This document shows positions 36,856 to 45,905 of a stretch of DNA of 45,905 nt, one piece after another. Location: contig JALXBF010000136.1 in assembly GCA_026991575.1 (NCBI GenBank), forward strand, positions 1 to 45,905, given 5' to 3'. Made by a program: the position numbers and the translations under genes. Source of the stretch: Planctomycetota bacterium. Its GTDB lineage: Bacteria > Planctomycetota > Planctomycetia > JALXBF01. Position 1 is the first letter of the stretch. The number at the start of each line of letters is the position of its first letter. The notes below the pieces were generated by a model. It searched no databases. It saw only the letters and a program-made list of their open reading frames with translations, and was not told the DNA's origin.

Positions 36856-37014
36856 GGTACGCGGCCGGCTGGACAACCTCACCGGGCGGCCCTAAAAAGA
36901 GAATGGATACCGCAGAGACGAGCGAGGATCGAGCAAGACCCTCCTCCTGCCTCTGTCCCCTTCCCTCCGTCGCGCCGGAAGCGCGTCCTGGCCCGCGCTT
37001 CCGGCAGTTTTTTT
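36856..37014 (+). ncRNA. Candidate sigma-54-dependent small RNA (~160 nt)
   Basis: Bounded by the sigma-54 promoter and an intrinsic terminator, with no listed ORF contained in it. Predicted 5' hairpin (GGCCG 36863-67 / CGGCC 36887-91), A-rich linker, second stem (CAGAG/CTCTG) and a CU-rich tract at 36939-36968. Confidence 0.6.
36974..37014 (+). terminator. Rho-independent terminator
   Basis: Perfect 12-bp stem GCCGGAAGCGCG / CGCGCTTCCGGC with an 8-nt loop, followed by AG-TTTTTTT. Confidence 0.85.
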
Positions 37015-37067
37015 GCGCGCTAGCCCACACCGCATCAGGTGCCGTCGCCGTACGGCGGGCACCACAG

Positions 37068-38576
37068 CTATTCCAACGGAACGCCCGTCCGGGCAACCAG
37101 TGCTTCGTTGACCAGTCGCTCCACAAGCGCCGCGTCGGCGCGCCCTTTGGTCTGGCGCATGATCAGCCCACGGACAAAGCCGGCCACCTGCTTTCGTTTC
37201 TTGCCTTTCTTCTTCTTGAAGTCTTCCAGCACCTTTGGATTCTCATCGAGCACCTGGTCCACAATGGCCTTCAACTGCTGCTCGTCGCTGACCATCGTCA
37301 GGCCGCGTTCCGCGATGATCGCTCCCGGATCACGGCCGCTTTCGATCATCTCGGCAAACACTTCGCGGGCCGCATGGGTGTTGATCTCGCGCCGCTCGAT
37401 CCTGCTGACCAAATCGGCCAGCTTCTCGGGTCTGACCGGGAACTGTTCAATCGTCCACCCTTTGGCGTTCAGCGTGCGTTGCACGTCTTGGAGCATCCAA
37501 TTGCTGGCGTTCTTGGGGTTCTCTAGACCGCGTGCGAACTGTTCGAAGTAGTCCGCGAACGCCTTGCCCAGTTCGACGATGACCCGCGCGTCGTACTCGG
37601 GAATGCCGTACTCGGCGGCCAGCCGCAGGCGGCGCTGCGCCGGGAACTCACCGATCTGGCTGCGCACCTCTTGGAGCATCTGCTCCGACACCACGACGGG
37701 CACCAGATCCGGCTCCGGGAAGTACCGGTAATCGGAGGCTTCTTCCTTACGCCGCTGTGAAACGGTCACCGCTCGATTCTCGTCCCAGCCCCTGGTCTCC
37801 TTGGGCACCTCGCCGAGTTTGGCCCCTGTTCGGAGCCATTCCTCGTACTGCCGCCTGGCTTCGTAGGCCATGGCTGCTTCAACAGCCTTGAAGCTGTTCA
37901 TGTTTTTGACTTCTACAATGGGCGTGGCCACCGTTTGGCCGTTGTGCTGGACGTGCAGGTTGATGTTCGCATCGCAACGGAGACTGCCCTCCTGCATGTT
38001 GCAGTCGGAGACTTCCAGGTAGCGGAGCAACAACCGCAGCTCTTCCAGGAAGGTGCGCGCTTCCGCCGGGCTGTTCATGTCCGGCTTGGTCACAATCTCC
38101 AGCAGCGGCGTACCCGCTCGGTTCAGGTCCACCTGGCTCTTGCCCCCTCGTTCGGCGTGGAGCAGTTTCCCTGCGTCCTCTTCCAGGTGGACCCGGATGA
38201 TGCCCACCCGCTTGGTGCCGCCGTCGGCAGTGGGGATCTCCAGATAGCCGTCGTGGCTGAAGGGCAAGTCGTACTGGGAGATCTGGTAGTTTTTGGGGAG
38301 ATCCGGGTAGTAGTAGTTCTTGCGGTCCCACTTGGTGAAGCGGGCGATCTGGCAGTTCAGGGCCACCGCAGCGCGGAGGGCCAGCTGAAACGCCTTCTGA
38401 TTCATCACGGGCAGTACACCGGGCATGCCCAGGCAGATCGGGCAGACGTTCGTGTTGGGCGGGTCACCGAAGCGGTTCCGGCAGCCGCAGAAGAGTTTCG
38501 TTTCGGTGAGTAGCTGCACGTGGACTTCGAGTCCGATGACGATGGTATAAGGGGTTGCTTCCGTTGACGTCGCCAT
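37068..38576 (-). CDS. gatB: Asp/Glu-tRNA amidotransferase subunit B
   Basis: IGLEVHVQL, CLGMPGVLP, RKNYYYPDLPKNYQISQ, HLEEDAGK, NRAGTPLLEIV, EGSLRCDAN, DYRYFPEPDL. Confidence 0.97.
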   Translation of the reverse strand: MATSTEATPYTIVIGLEVHVQLLTETKLFCGCRNRFGDPPNTNVCPICLGMPGVLPVMNQKAFQLALRAAVALNCQIARFTKWDRKNYYYPDLPKNYQISQYDLPFSHDGYLEIPTADGGTKRVGIIRVHLEEDAGKLLHAERGGKSQVDLNRAGTPLLEIVTKPDMNSPAEARTFLEELRLLLRYLEVSDCNMQEGSLRCDANINLHVQHNGQTVATPIVEVKNMNSFKAVEAAMAYEARRQYEEWLRTGAKLGEVPKETRGWDENRAVTVSQRRKEEASDYRYFPEPDLVPVVVSEQMLQEVRSQIGEFPAQRRLRLAAEYGIPEYDARVIVELGKAFADYFEQFARGLENPKNASNWMLQDVQRTLNAKGWTIEQFPVRPEKLADLVSRIERREINTHAAREVFAEMIESGRDPGAIIAERGLTMVSDEQQLKAIVDQVLDENPKVLEDFKKKKGKKRKQVAGFVRGLIMRQTKGRADAALVERLVNEALVARTGVPLE

Positions 38577-38581
38577 GGACG

Positions 38582-40084
38582 TTACCCCGCCTTGCTCACC
38601 GCCGCCACAGCCTGTTGCAGGTCAGCGCGCCGGCGATGCCACTCGGTCTCGCGCTCATACATGCGCGCCGCACGCAGCAGCCGCTCTTCTTCGAAGGGCG
38701 GCGCCAGGATTTGCAGGCCGATCGGCAAACCGTCCTGCGTGAAACCACAGGGCAAGGAGATGCCGGCAATGCCGGCCAGGTTCGCGGTCACCGTGTAGAT
38801 GTCCGACAAGTACATGCTCAGCGGGTCCGCCAATCGCTCACCGAGCCGGAATGCCGGCGTGGGGGATGTCGGTCCGATGATCACGTCCACTTGTTCGAAT
38901 GCCCGATCGAAGTCCTCCCGGATGACCCGGCGCACCTTCAGGGCCTTCAGGTAGTACGCATCGTAGTACCCAGCCGACAAGGCGTAGGTGCCGAGCATGA
39001 TCCGGCGCTTCACCTCGGCACCAAACCCCTCGGCTCGCGTGCGGCAGTACATGTCGATCATGTCTTCGTATCGGGCGGCCCGGTAACCGTAATGCACGCC
39101 GTCGTACCGTGCCAGGTTACTGGACGCTTCCGCAGGTGCGACGATGTAGTAGGCGGGGATCCCATATTTGGAGTGAGGTAGGGAGATATCGCAGACGTCT
39201 GCACCAAGCTTCTCGTAAACCGCCACCGCATCGCGCACCGCAGTCGCCACCTCCGGATCCACCCCCTCGCTCAGCCACTCACGCACCACGCCAACCTTCA
39301 GCCCCTCGAGCGGCTCCTCAACGCAGGCCAGGTAGTCTGGCACGGATCGGGCAACGGAGGTGGAATCGAGCGGATCGTGTCCGGCGATAACCTTCAACAG
39401 CAGCGCCGTGTCCCGCACGTCGAACGCAAAAGGACCGATCTGGTCAAGTGAGCTAGCAAAGGCAACCAGCCCGTATCGGGAAACTCGGCCGTAGGTCGGC
39501 TTCAGCCCCACAACGCCGCAGAGCGCTGCAGGCTGCCGGATCGAACCGCCCGTGTCGCTGCCGATGGCCAGCGGGGCAAAGCAGGCAGCTACGGCCGCGG
39601 CTGACCCGCCGCTGGACCCGCCAGGCGCACGGGTTAGGTCCCACGGATTACGGGTTACCTGGAAGGCGGAGTTTTCCGTGGACGAGCCCATGGCGAACTC
39701 GTCCATGTTCGTCTTGCCGATCAGGACGGCATCCGCCTCCTTAAGCTTGCGCACGACGGTGGCGTCGTAAGGGGGGATGAAGTTTTCCAGGATCCTGCTC
39801 GCGCACGTCGTCCGCTGCCCTTCGGTGCAGAGCACGTCCTTCACCGCAACAGGTACGCCGGCCAGCGGTCCAAGTGGCTCGCCCCGGGCACGCCGCTCAT
39901 CCACCTCGGCAGCCTTCTTCACCGCCCCGTCAGCATCGACCAGCAGAAAAGCCTGAACGTGGCCGTCGAACCGTTCGATCCGCTCCAGGTAAGCCTGCAC
40001 CAGTTCGCGTGCCGACAATTCCCCCTTGGCCAGCGCGTCCAGATGCTCCAGGGCGGTGCGACCAACCAACGACTCGCCACTCAT
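38582..40084 (-). CDS. gatA: Asp/Glu-tRNA amidotransferase subunit A
   Basis: [60 protein letters not shown]. Confidence 0.97.
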   Translation of the reverse strand: MSGESLVGRTALEHLDALAKGELSARELVQAYLERIERFDGHVQAFLLVDADGAVKKAAEVDERRARGEPLGPLAGVPVAVKDVLCTEGQRTTCASRILENFIPPYDATVVRKLKEADAVLIGKTNMDEFAMGSSTENSAFQVTRNPWDLTRAPGGSSGGSAAAVAACFAPLAIGSDTGGSIRQPAALCGVVGLKPTYGRVSRYGLVAFASSLDQIGPFAFDVRDTALLLKVIAGHDPLDSTSVARSVPDYLACVEEPLEGLKVGVVREWLSEGVDPEVATAVRDAVAVYEKLGADVCDISLPHSKYGIPAYYIVAPAEASSNLARYDGVHYGYRAARYEDMIDMYCRTRAEGFGAEVKRRIMLGTYALSAGYYDAYYLKALKVRRVIREDFDRAFEQVDVIIGPTSPTPAFRLGERLADPLSMYLSDIYTVTANLAGIAGISLPCGFTQDGLPIGLQILAPPFEEERLLRAARMYERETEWHRRRADLQQAVAAVSKAG

Positions 40085-40124
40085 CGGCAACAGCCCTCGT
40101 TGCTCCTCAGACAGGCAAGAAGCG

Positions 40125-40412
40125 CTAGTCTAACACGGGCGGAACGAGGAAGAACTCCCCATCAGTGTCCGGTGCGTTCCGCAGCGCAACGTCACGCGGT
40201 AGCGAGGGCCGGAGGCGGTCTTCGCGGAAGACGTTGGAAATCGGCAGCGGATGGGCCAGCGGCTCAACGTCCTTCGTGTCCACCTCGTGCAGCTGCTCGA
40301 CGTACTCGACGATCTTGTTCAACTGGCCCGTCATCACGGCCAGTTCTTCGTCCGTGAGCCGCAGGCGAGCCAAGAGAGCGACCGCTTGAACTTGCTCAGC
40401 ACTCAGCGCCAT
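40125..40412 (-). CDS. gatC: Asp/Glu-tRNA amidotransferase subunit C
   Basis: VALLARL, L.EVDT.DVEP, NVFRED, NAP...GEFF.VP.V. Confidence 0.95.
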   Translation of the reverse strand: MALSAEQVQAVALLARLRLTDEELAVMTGQLNKIVEYVEQLHEVDTKDVEPLAHPLPISNVFREDRLRPSLPRDVALRNAPDTDGEFFLVPPVLD

Positions 40413-40438
40413 CGTCATCCCCCGCCGCACCGATGAGG

Positions 40439-40699
40439 CTAGACCTTGGGGATCTCAAAAGCGGATCGCTTCACAGGCCGCTGCACCCGGCCAGAACGCA
40501 AACACTGAGCACAAACACGCACGCGACGCACCGTGCCGTTGATCACCGCCTTCACCCGATGTAGGTTCGGCTTGAACTTGCGGCGGGTCACACCCGTAAC
40601 CTTGCGGCCCACGCCACCCAGATACTTGGCCTTACCGCGGCGAGAAATGCTATTACCCACCGACGGCTTCTTGCCACAAATCTGACACTGCATCGCCAT
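40439..40699 (-). CDS. rpmB: 50S ribosomal protein L28
   Basis: CQICGKKPSVGN...RRKFKPNL...RVCAQCLRS. Has the RGKAKYLGGVG insert. ATG at 40699. Confidence 0.93.
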   Translation of the reverse strand: MAMQCQICGKKPSVGNSISRRGKAKYLGGVGRKVTGVTRRKFKPNLHRVKAVINGTVRRVRVCAQCLRSGRVQRPVKRSAFEIPKV

Positions 40700-41149
40700 G
40701 GGAACCGTCTCCGGAGAACGTACGCCCAGAGTGCTAACACTGGAAGGATACGGCCAGAGCACTACCTGAGACAACCTCGACCACCCGCCCGAACCGTCCC
40801 TGGCCCAGAGCAATCGGTATCGGGCCTCGCTTGACCCGCCCCTGTTGCTGCTGCGCGCTACCTGATCCCTACCGGCCCTGTCGCGCCGGCGCACAGGGTT
40901 ATCCTCAACACAGCCGTTGACCGGACCGATCTGCCCGGATAGCGATTCATAACCCGGCACCGAATCATCAGATGTGCATCACAGCCCGTGGCAGACGATG
41001 TGCCCGCCAGCTGGTGTTACGGTCACCTAAGTCCGAGACCGCACCTCACGCACGGACACGCCTGGTGGTTTGAGACCGCCACGGTCTCTCGAGGCCCGCG
41101 CCGCACTCACCCGTCGCTGTGCGATTGGCGCGGTTTCCCCCGAACGGCG

Positions 41150-41580
41150 GCTGCGGACGGGCAGCGCGACGTTGCCTACGAGAGGCTCCTTTCGCACCGG
41201 GGACTGGCGGCGAAAGTGTTGCGGAATCACCTCAACGAGGCATGCGGGCAAACGCTGCCCCTGGAGCTACCGCCGCAGCCGTGGGACCTGAACGCGGCGA
41301 CCGAGCAGGTGCGCCCCCACAGCTAGCGGACACGCTGTGGTCGCTCGACGTGGCGGGACAGTTCGTGGTGGCGGTTGAGCTCACCAGGCCGTCGAAGCAA
41401 AGGATGTCCAGAGCAGATGCGGAAGAGCTGGAGCGCTGGGTCCGGATAGCGGCAACGGCGGAGTCGCTCAAGGAGCGTTTGAGAAGGCCTGAGGCGGGTC
41501 CTGGGGGCCAGGCCGAGAAGTGTCTGGGCCGCCGCAGCTGGGACGTAAATCACCGAAGTGCTTGTAAGGGAATCGGCTAG
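41150..41580 (+). pseudogene. Decayed Rpn/YhgA-like (recombination-promoting nuclease / putative transposase) gene remnant
   Basis: One frame gives RDVAYERLLSHRGLAAKVLRNHL...WDL, resembling the Rpn N-terminus HD..YK.LFSH....LL...L, and stops at 41326. A shifted frame continues ADTLWSL (Rpn aD.lw) and then ADAEELERWVRIAATAESLKE, resembling Rpn C-terminal helical tails. The middle of the gene is missing. Confidence 0.5.
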
Positions 41581-41694
41581 CAAACCCACGTTGCGGTCCC
41601 GACACGATTTCCCAGCAAGGAAAGCTCGGCCAACGGGAGTAGCGTACCTCCGCGGCTCACCGATAGCGACACCGTCGATCCCGTTTGGTCGGCC

Positions 41695-44490
41695 TCATTC
41701 GCGGCCACCGGTTCCTGCAGCCGCCGGTGGCGTCAGGGTCGTAAGCCAGGCCACCAGATCACGGAGCTCCTGGTCCGTTAACCGATCCACCAGGTCCTGC
41801 GGCATGATGGAAACCGGCACCGACCGGCGTGCCTCCAGCTCACCGGTACGGATCACAAATGGTTCGCCGAAGGCATCGACATACGTATAGCTGTCCAGGT
41901 GGGTACGGACGAGGAGCCCCGTCTGCACTCGGCCGTCTTTGCGGAGCAAGAGCCAGCTCTGGTAAGCGGGCGCCACCGTCGCCGATGGGTTGATCAATGA
42001 CTCCACGATGTGCGCCCGTCCTGATGCACCAATGAACGACAGGTCCGGTCCATAGCTGGCCCCGCGGCCATGAACCCGGTGACAGCGGAAGCAGCCGCCG
42101 AGACGCCGGTGGTAGAAGACCCGTTCGCCTCGCGCAGGCGAACTGCTCGAGCGGCTCAGCCAGTTCAACCACAGTTCCGTGCGGTCCCGCGGCGGCCGTT
42201 TGACCGGTCGCCACCGGCCAAGAACGCGGTCCCGAAGCGGCAACAGGTCGGGCCGGTCGACGACCTGCATGAGTTGCTGTTGCTCGGTCGGGTTCAGCGA
42301 CACCCCCACGAGTGCCCTCAGCGCCTCGGCCGCAAGCTGCGGCGGACCTGAGCCGGCAAGCTCGACGAGCAATCGTCGGTACTGCTCAGGCGCGGCGGCC
42401 AGCCCCACCAGCGCCCAGGACCGCAGTTCGCTCGGGGCATGCCGATCAGCCGCAACGCTGGCCAGAAACGCCACGCCCTCCGGCTCGCCTCGCACCGCCA
42501 GCGTCCGCAGCACCTCGCGCCGCAGCCGCTGCCCACCGCTGCGGTACAGCCGGCTCAACTCAGCGAACCTCAGCACGGGCGAGTCGTCCGGTATCGCTAA
42601 CAGCGCCTGGATCCGCTGAGTCTCCGCCAGGCCCGGATCGGCAGCTCGCCGAAACAACTCGCGATTGATCCGCCGGCGGTCCGCCGGCTTGCCGTCGATG
42701 CGAGCCAGAGCAGTGACACAGCCGATGACCATGTCCACGTCCGCAGCAGGGTCCTCCAGAAGCTGCTTCACGTGCTCGCGGTATCGCTTAAGCCTTCGGT
42801 CCGCGATCCATTTCACAGCAAGGAAACGGACCGTACGGTCCGAGTCCGCCAGGAACTGCGCGACTTTCCCCCGCCGGTCTTCCGGATCCAGCCGGCGCAG
42901 CACCAGCAGCTGCGTGCAGCGATCGCGTGCCACCACTGGCCGGAACGCGCCCAACAGAGTTGGATGCTTGACGAACTGCCACCGGGCTGCGTGTGCCAGG
43001 AACGGGTCGGCAGACCTGGCAAGCTCCTGAAGCACGGGCACATCCCGCAGGTCGCTGAGCGCTGAGACGGCAGCACGCCGTACAAGCCCGGGCTGTTCTG
43101 GATCCAGCCAGCGGCGCACGTTCACGCCTCGACGTGCCAGCAGCCGCACCGCCAGCGCGCGCAGCGACACATCTGGATCGCGGTCTGCAACTTCCTGAAG
43201 AACCCGGTCCGTGATCAGCTCGCTGCGTGCGCACAGCAGAGCACTGCCGCGCACCAGAGGGTCCGGATGCTTCAGCGCCGGCTGTACGTTCGAGGCTTCC
43301 TTCAGCGCCCGTTCCCGCAGGACCCGGTCTGCGGACGTAATGCCCGTTGGCTTCGGGTCAGACCCTGGGGGCCGGTCCCGCCAGCGGACTTGCCAGATCG
43401 CCCCCCTGCCATGAAGCTCGTAGTTGCTCAGCACCCAGTCGCTCACAAAGAGCGATCCGTCCGGGGCCACTGCCAGGCCCACGGGCCGAAAGTCCACCGG
43501 CCCCCGCACCAAAGGTTTCGCCTCCGCACGATAGCTCGCACCGTGCGGAATCAGCTCGAACTGTTGGATTTGGTGGTCCGCCCAAGCGGTCACGAACACC
43601 CGACCGCGGTACTCGGCAGGCAGGCCGTCGGAGTCGTAGACCAGCACCTCGCACGGTCCCTCGCCGGTCCCCCCAATACCAGGCAAGGTACCGGGCAACT
43701 CCCCATGCCATGCTTGAAACGGATGCCGACCCGCGCGGCCATAGCGAAACTGAAAACCGTAGTCACCACCTTCCAGAACCTCAACCAGGCGGCAGGGCGG
43801 TGAAGCGTCCGGATCGTTATCGACTGCAAGCAACCGCCCGAGTGCATCGCGATGGATGCCGAACGGATTCCAGAACCCAGTCGCTACGCGGTGCAGTTTC
43901 TTCCCGTCGGCCGTACAACGAAAGATGCTGCCACCTTCGCCCCCGCCCGAGAGCGTGACGCCATCGGAGCCCACCAGCTTGTATGGCTCGCCAAGGTTCT
44001 CGCCAAGGCCAAAAACCAAGCTGCCATCTGGCTCGAAGCACAGGCCGCTGAGGCCGTTGTGCGGATAGGTACCCGGCGTTCGTAGCTCGATGATCCGCTC
44101 CACTTGGTCCGCCTTCCCGTCGCCATCTATGTCTTTCAGGCGCAGGATCTCGGCGCGGGTAGCCAGGTAAACCCAACCATCCGGGGATGTGGCCAGGTCC
44201 ATCGAGTGGCGGGTCCCCTCATAGAACGTCTCGAACCGGTCAGCCCGACCGTCACCGTCGGTGTCGGCCAAGAGGCGAATCCGGTCCGCCTTGGGACCAG
44301 CATAGTCCTCAGGCGGAAAGTGGGTGTGCGACTCGATGACAAGCAGCCGCCCTCTGGAATCGAAAGTCAGCCCGATGGGGTGGACAATGTTCGGATCGCG
44401 TGCAAACAGGACCACTTCCAGCCGCGGATCAACCGCTTCAGGCCGAGCTTGTGCAACCAGCAGAAAGGCACAGAGTACCGGGCCGGTCAT
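41695..44490 (-). CDS. PVC-type heme-binding CxxCH protein (sorbosone dehydrogenase-like beta-propeller, HEAT repeats, cytochrome c)
   Basis: LFA.DP.IVHP, DTDGDGRAD repeats, GFWNPFG, FRPVGLAVAPDGSLFVSDW, HEAT-like helices, GERVF...GCFRCH...GPDLS...SIMP. Confidence 0.9.
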   Translation of the reverse strand: MTGPVLCAFLLVAQARPEAVDPRLEVVLFARDPNIVHPIGLTFDSRGRLLVIESHTHFPPEDYAGPKADRIRLLADTDGDGRADRFETFYEGTRHSMDLATSPDGWVYLATRAEILRLKDIDGDGKADQVERIIELRTPGTYPHNGLSGLCFEPDGSLVFGLGENLGEPYKLVGSDGVTLSGGGEGGSIFRCTADGKKLHRVATGFWNPFGIHRDALGRLLAVDNDPDASPPCRLVEVLEGGDYGFQFRYGRAGRHPFQAWHGELPGTLPGIGGTGEGPCEVLVYDSDGLPAEYRGRVFVTAWADHQIQQFELIPHGASYRAEAKPLVRGPVDFRPVGLAVAPDGSLFVSDWVLSNYELHGRGAIWQVRWRDRPPGSDPKPTGITSADRVLRERALKEASNVQPALKHPDPLVRGSALLCARSELITDRVLQEVADRDPDVSLRALAVRLLARRGVNVRRWLDPEQPGLVRRAAVSALSDLRDVPVLQELARSADPFLAHAARWQFVKHPTLLGAFRPVVARDRCTQLLVLRRLDPEDRRGKVAQFLADSDRTVRFLAVKWIADRRLKRYREHVKQLLEDPAADVDMVIGCVTALARIDGKPADRRRINRELFRRAADPGLAETQRIQALLAIPDDSPVLRFAELSRLYRSGGQRLRREVLRTLAVRGEPEGVAFLASVAADRHAPSELRSWALVGLAAAPEQYRRLLVELAGSGPPQLAAEALRALVGVSLNPTEQQQLMQVVDRPDLLPLRDRVLGRWRPVKRPPRDRTELWLNWLSRSSSSPARGERVFYHRRLGGCFRCHRVHGRGASYGPDLSFIGASGRAHIVESLINPSATVAPAYQSWLLLRKDGRVQTGLLVRTHLDSYTYVDAFGEPFVIRTGELEARRSVPVSIMPQDLVDRLTDQELRDLVAWLTTLTPPAAAGTGGRE

Positions 44491-44860
44491 GGTGATTCAC
44501 GCCGTCGTTGCCGTTGGTTGGGGTGTCTGTTGCAGTTTACCACCACCGTCGGATCGGGGATGGTCGAGACGCGGCTGCGCTAGTGCGGTGAAACCGCTCA
44601 CGGACAACCCTGCTACGCTTCTAGCCGAACCAGCAATCTCAGCCCCGCTGTGGACGATAGGCCTGACGAGCCACCGGGCGGAAAAGCTGCATCGCCTCCG
44701 AGCACGCGGGGGCGAACTGGCCTGAGGAGCAGCGGTGATGGTCGCGCGCACGGCCCCCGCTTACCGAGGAACGCGTTTCGCCCCGTGCGATGCCGGCCAA
44801 CTCCCCAGACCCGATCGAGTTTGCGGTCGGATTCGCCAGTGGTGGTTGGGCGCACCGAGC

Positions 44861-45904
44861 TTAGAAGTGGTACCGCATGGTCCCTTCGACGCGGAACGCC
44901 TCACCCGGTGCAAGCCCTTTGTACCGCGTCTCCCACCAGCTCAGTTCGATGCCAACTTCTAGCTCCGGGCTGACGTTCCAGATCAGGTTCGCGAAGTAGA
45001 AATGATTCTGGGTCCGCCGGCCGGGCGAAAGGTCGTCGTCGTTTGGGTCGTCGATGCCAAAGCCCACATGGGTGTGTAGATCGGAAGTCCAGTAGAGCCA
45101 CAGCTCCACCCAGCCTCCCATCGCCCGGATCGCCTCACGTTCCACCGGGTCGATCCCCTGATTGATCCCGCCCAGAAAAGTGCCCAGCGCCTGGCCCATG
45201 AAGAACTCCCCCTGAAAACCACACCGCTCGCTAAACGGGTACCGCACATCGATGTTGAATGACCAGCTCAAGAAGCGGCGATCGTCCTCTGCCGGCGGCG
45301 TCCTGAAGTCGGTACCGTGCTGGGCGATATGCCCCGAGACACCGAACTGAGCCGGCTTGCCCGTGCCGTACCGATCCGGTCCAACATAGCCAATACGCCC
45401 CATGAGTGTAGGCCAGCCAGCGTCCTCCCCCTGGATATCTGGAGCGCCGACAAAGTCGCTGACGATCGTCTGGTTGATCGATGCCTGGGCAAGCCACTTC
45501 GAACCGTCCTCGGCTCTGAATGTGCGTTCGAGTCGAACCTGGGCACGGCGGTAGCCGATGTTGCCCGCCGCCCAAGCGACGGTGTAGTTGAGCACGTTGG
45601 GCCAGAGCGGCGAGATGAGATCCCAGGTCTGGCCCCCGAGGATGCGCCACCCGTCGCGGTAAAACTCACCGTAGGCATGCCTGAGAAGAACACCAGTGCG
45701 GTTCGCCGTCAGCGCGAAGCCGTGAAAGTCGAACTCGATCCTGCCACCGCTTTGCCCGCCTTGAATCTCCGGCCCGTAGATCTGAAAGCCCAGGCGAGTC
45801 GCGCGTGCGCTAACGCTGAAGGAGGGCTCCCCCTGAGTATCGTCCGAGTGCACGAACAGGACGAACGGTCCGGACACGGTGCGGGACGTGTCATAGGAGG
45901 CGTG
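44861..45904 (-). CDS. Outer membrane beta-barrel / porin-like protein (DcaP-like), 5'-truncated
   Basis: The frame stays open to the window edge (HASYDTSRTVSGPF...). TRLGF, IEFDF, LRHAY, GQTW, alternating beta-strands and a C-terminal aromatic (MRYHF). Confidence 0.8.
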   Translation of the reverse strand, partial: HASYDTSRTVSGPFVLFVHSDDTQGEPSFSVSARATRLGFQIYGPEIQGGQSGGRIEFDFHGFALTANRTGVLLRHAYGEFYRDGWRILGGQTWDLISPLWPNVLNYTVAWAAGNIGYRRAQVRLERTFRAEDGSKWLAQASINQTIVSDFVGAPDIQGEDAGWPTLMGRIGYVGPDRYGTGKPAQFGVSGHIAQHGTDFRTPPAEDDRRFLSWSFNIDVRYPFSERCGFQGEFFMGQALGTFLGGINQGIDPVEREAIRAMGGWVELWLYWTSDLHTHVGFGIDDPNDDDLSPGRRTQNHFYFANLIWNVSPELEVGIELSWWETRYKGLAPGEAFRVEGTMRYHF

Positions 45905-45905
45905 C

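Noticed and set aside
36903..37526. 207-aa ORF as the target of the sigma-54 promoter
   Set aside because: It runs through a strong terminator and is mostly antisense to gatB, so it is a shadow ORF.
40729..40737. CIRCE element (GAGTGCTAA) upstream of rpmB
   Set aside because: Only one half-site is present. The partner at 9-bp spacing is absent and the gene is not a chaperone.
44497..44855. Small ORFs between the heme protein and porin genes
   Set aside because: No RBS, motif or composition evidence favours any frame.

Overview
This is a GC-rich bacterial chromosomal window, very likely from a planctomycete. Supporting signs are a PVC-type heme-binding CxxCH/HEAT dehydrogenase, a SpoVG with a zinc-ribbon insert, a Tat-exported sugar-phosphate isomerase and a PurS-PurL fusion. 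Housekeeping blocks include ispE-spoVG, tyrA-purL-purQ, pyrE, tatD and rpmB-gatCAB. They flank a ~15.7 kb type IV filament (T4P/T2SS-like) locus at 20042-35774. The locus encodes four minor pilins, a major pilin, a PilB/GspE ATPase with an MshEN c-di-GMP-binding domain, PilC, PilM/N/O/P-like proteins and a secretin. Signalling genes are interleaved: an HD-GYP phosphodiesterase, a CheY-like receiver, a PAS histidine kinase and a STAS protein. The locus ends in a 72-aa DRRSGxDRR-repeat microprotein. The most striking non-coding signal lies between tatD and gatB: a consensus sigma-54 promoter with a palindromic upstream site and an IHF-like site, pointing into ~160 nt with no closed ORF that ends at a strong intrinsic terminator, i.e. 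a candidate novel sRNA. The divergent HD-GYP/pilin intergenic region carries a 14-bp inverted repeat and a multi-hairpin leader. A decayed Rpn/YhgA-like gene lies at ~41150-41580. No tRNA, rRNA or CRISPR array was recognised. All calls come from motif recognition by eye; no database searches were run.
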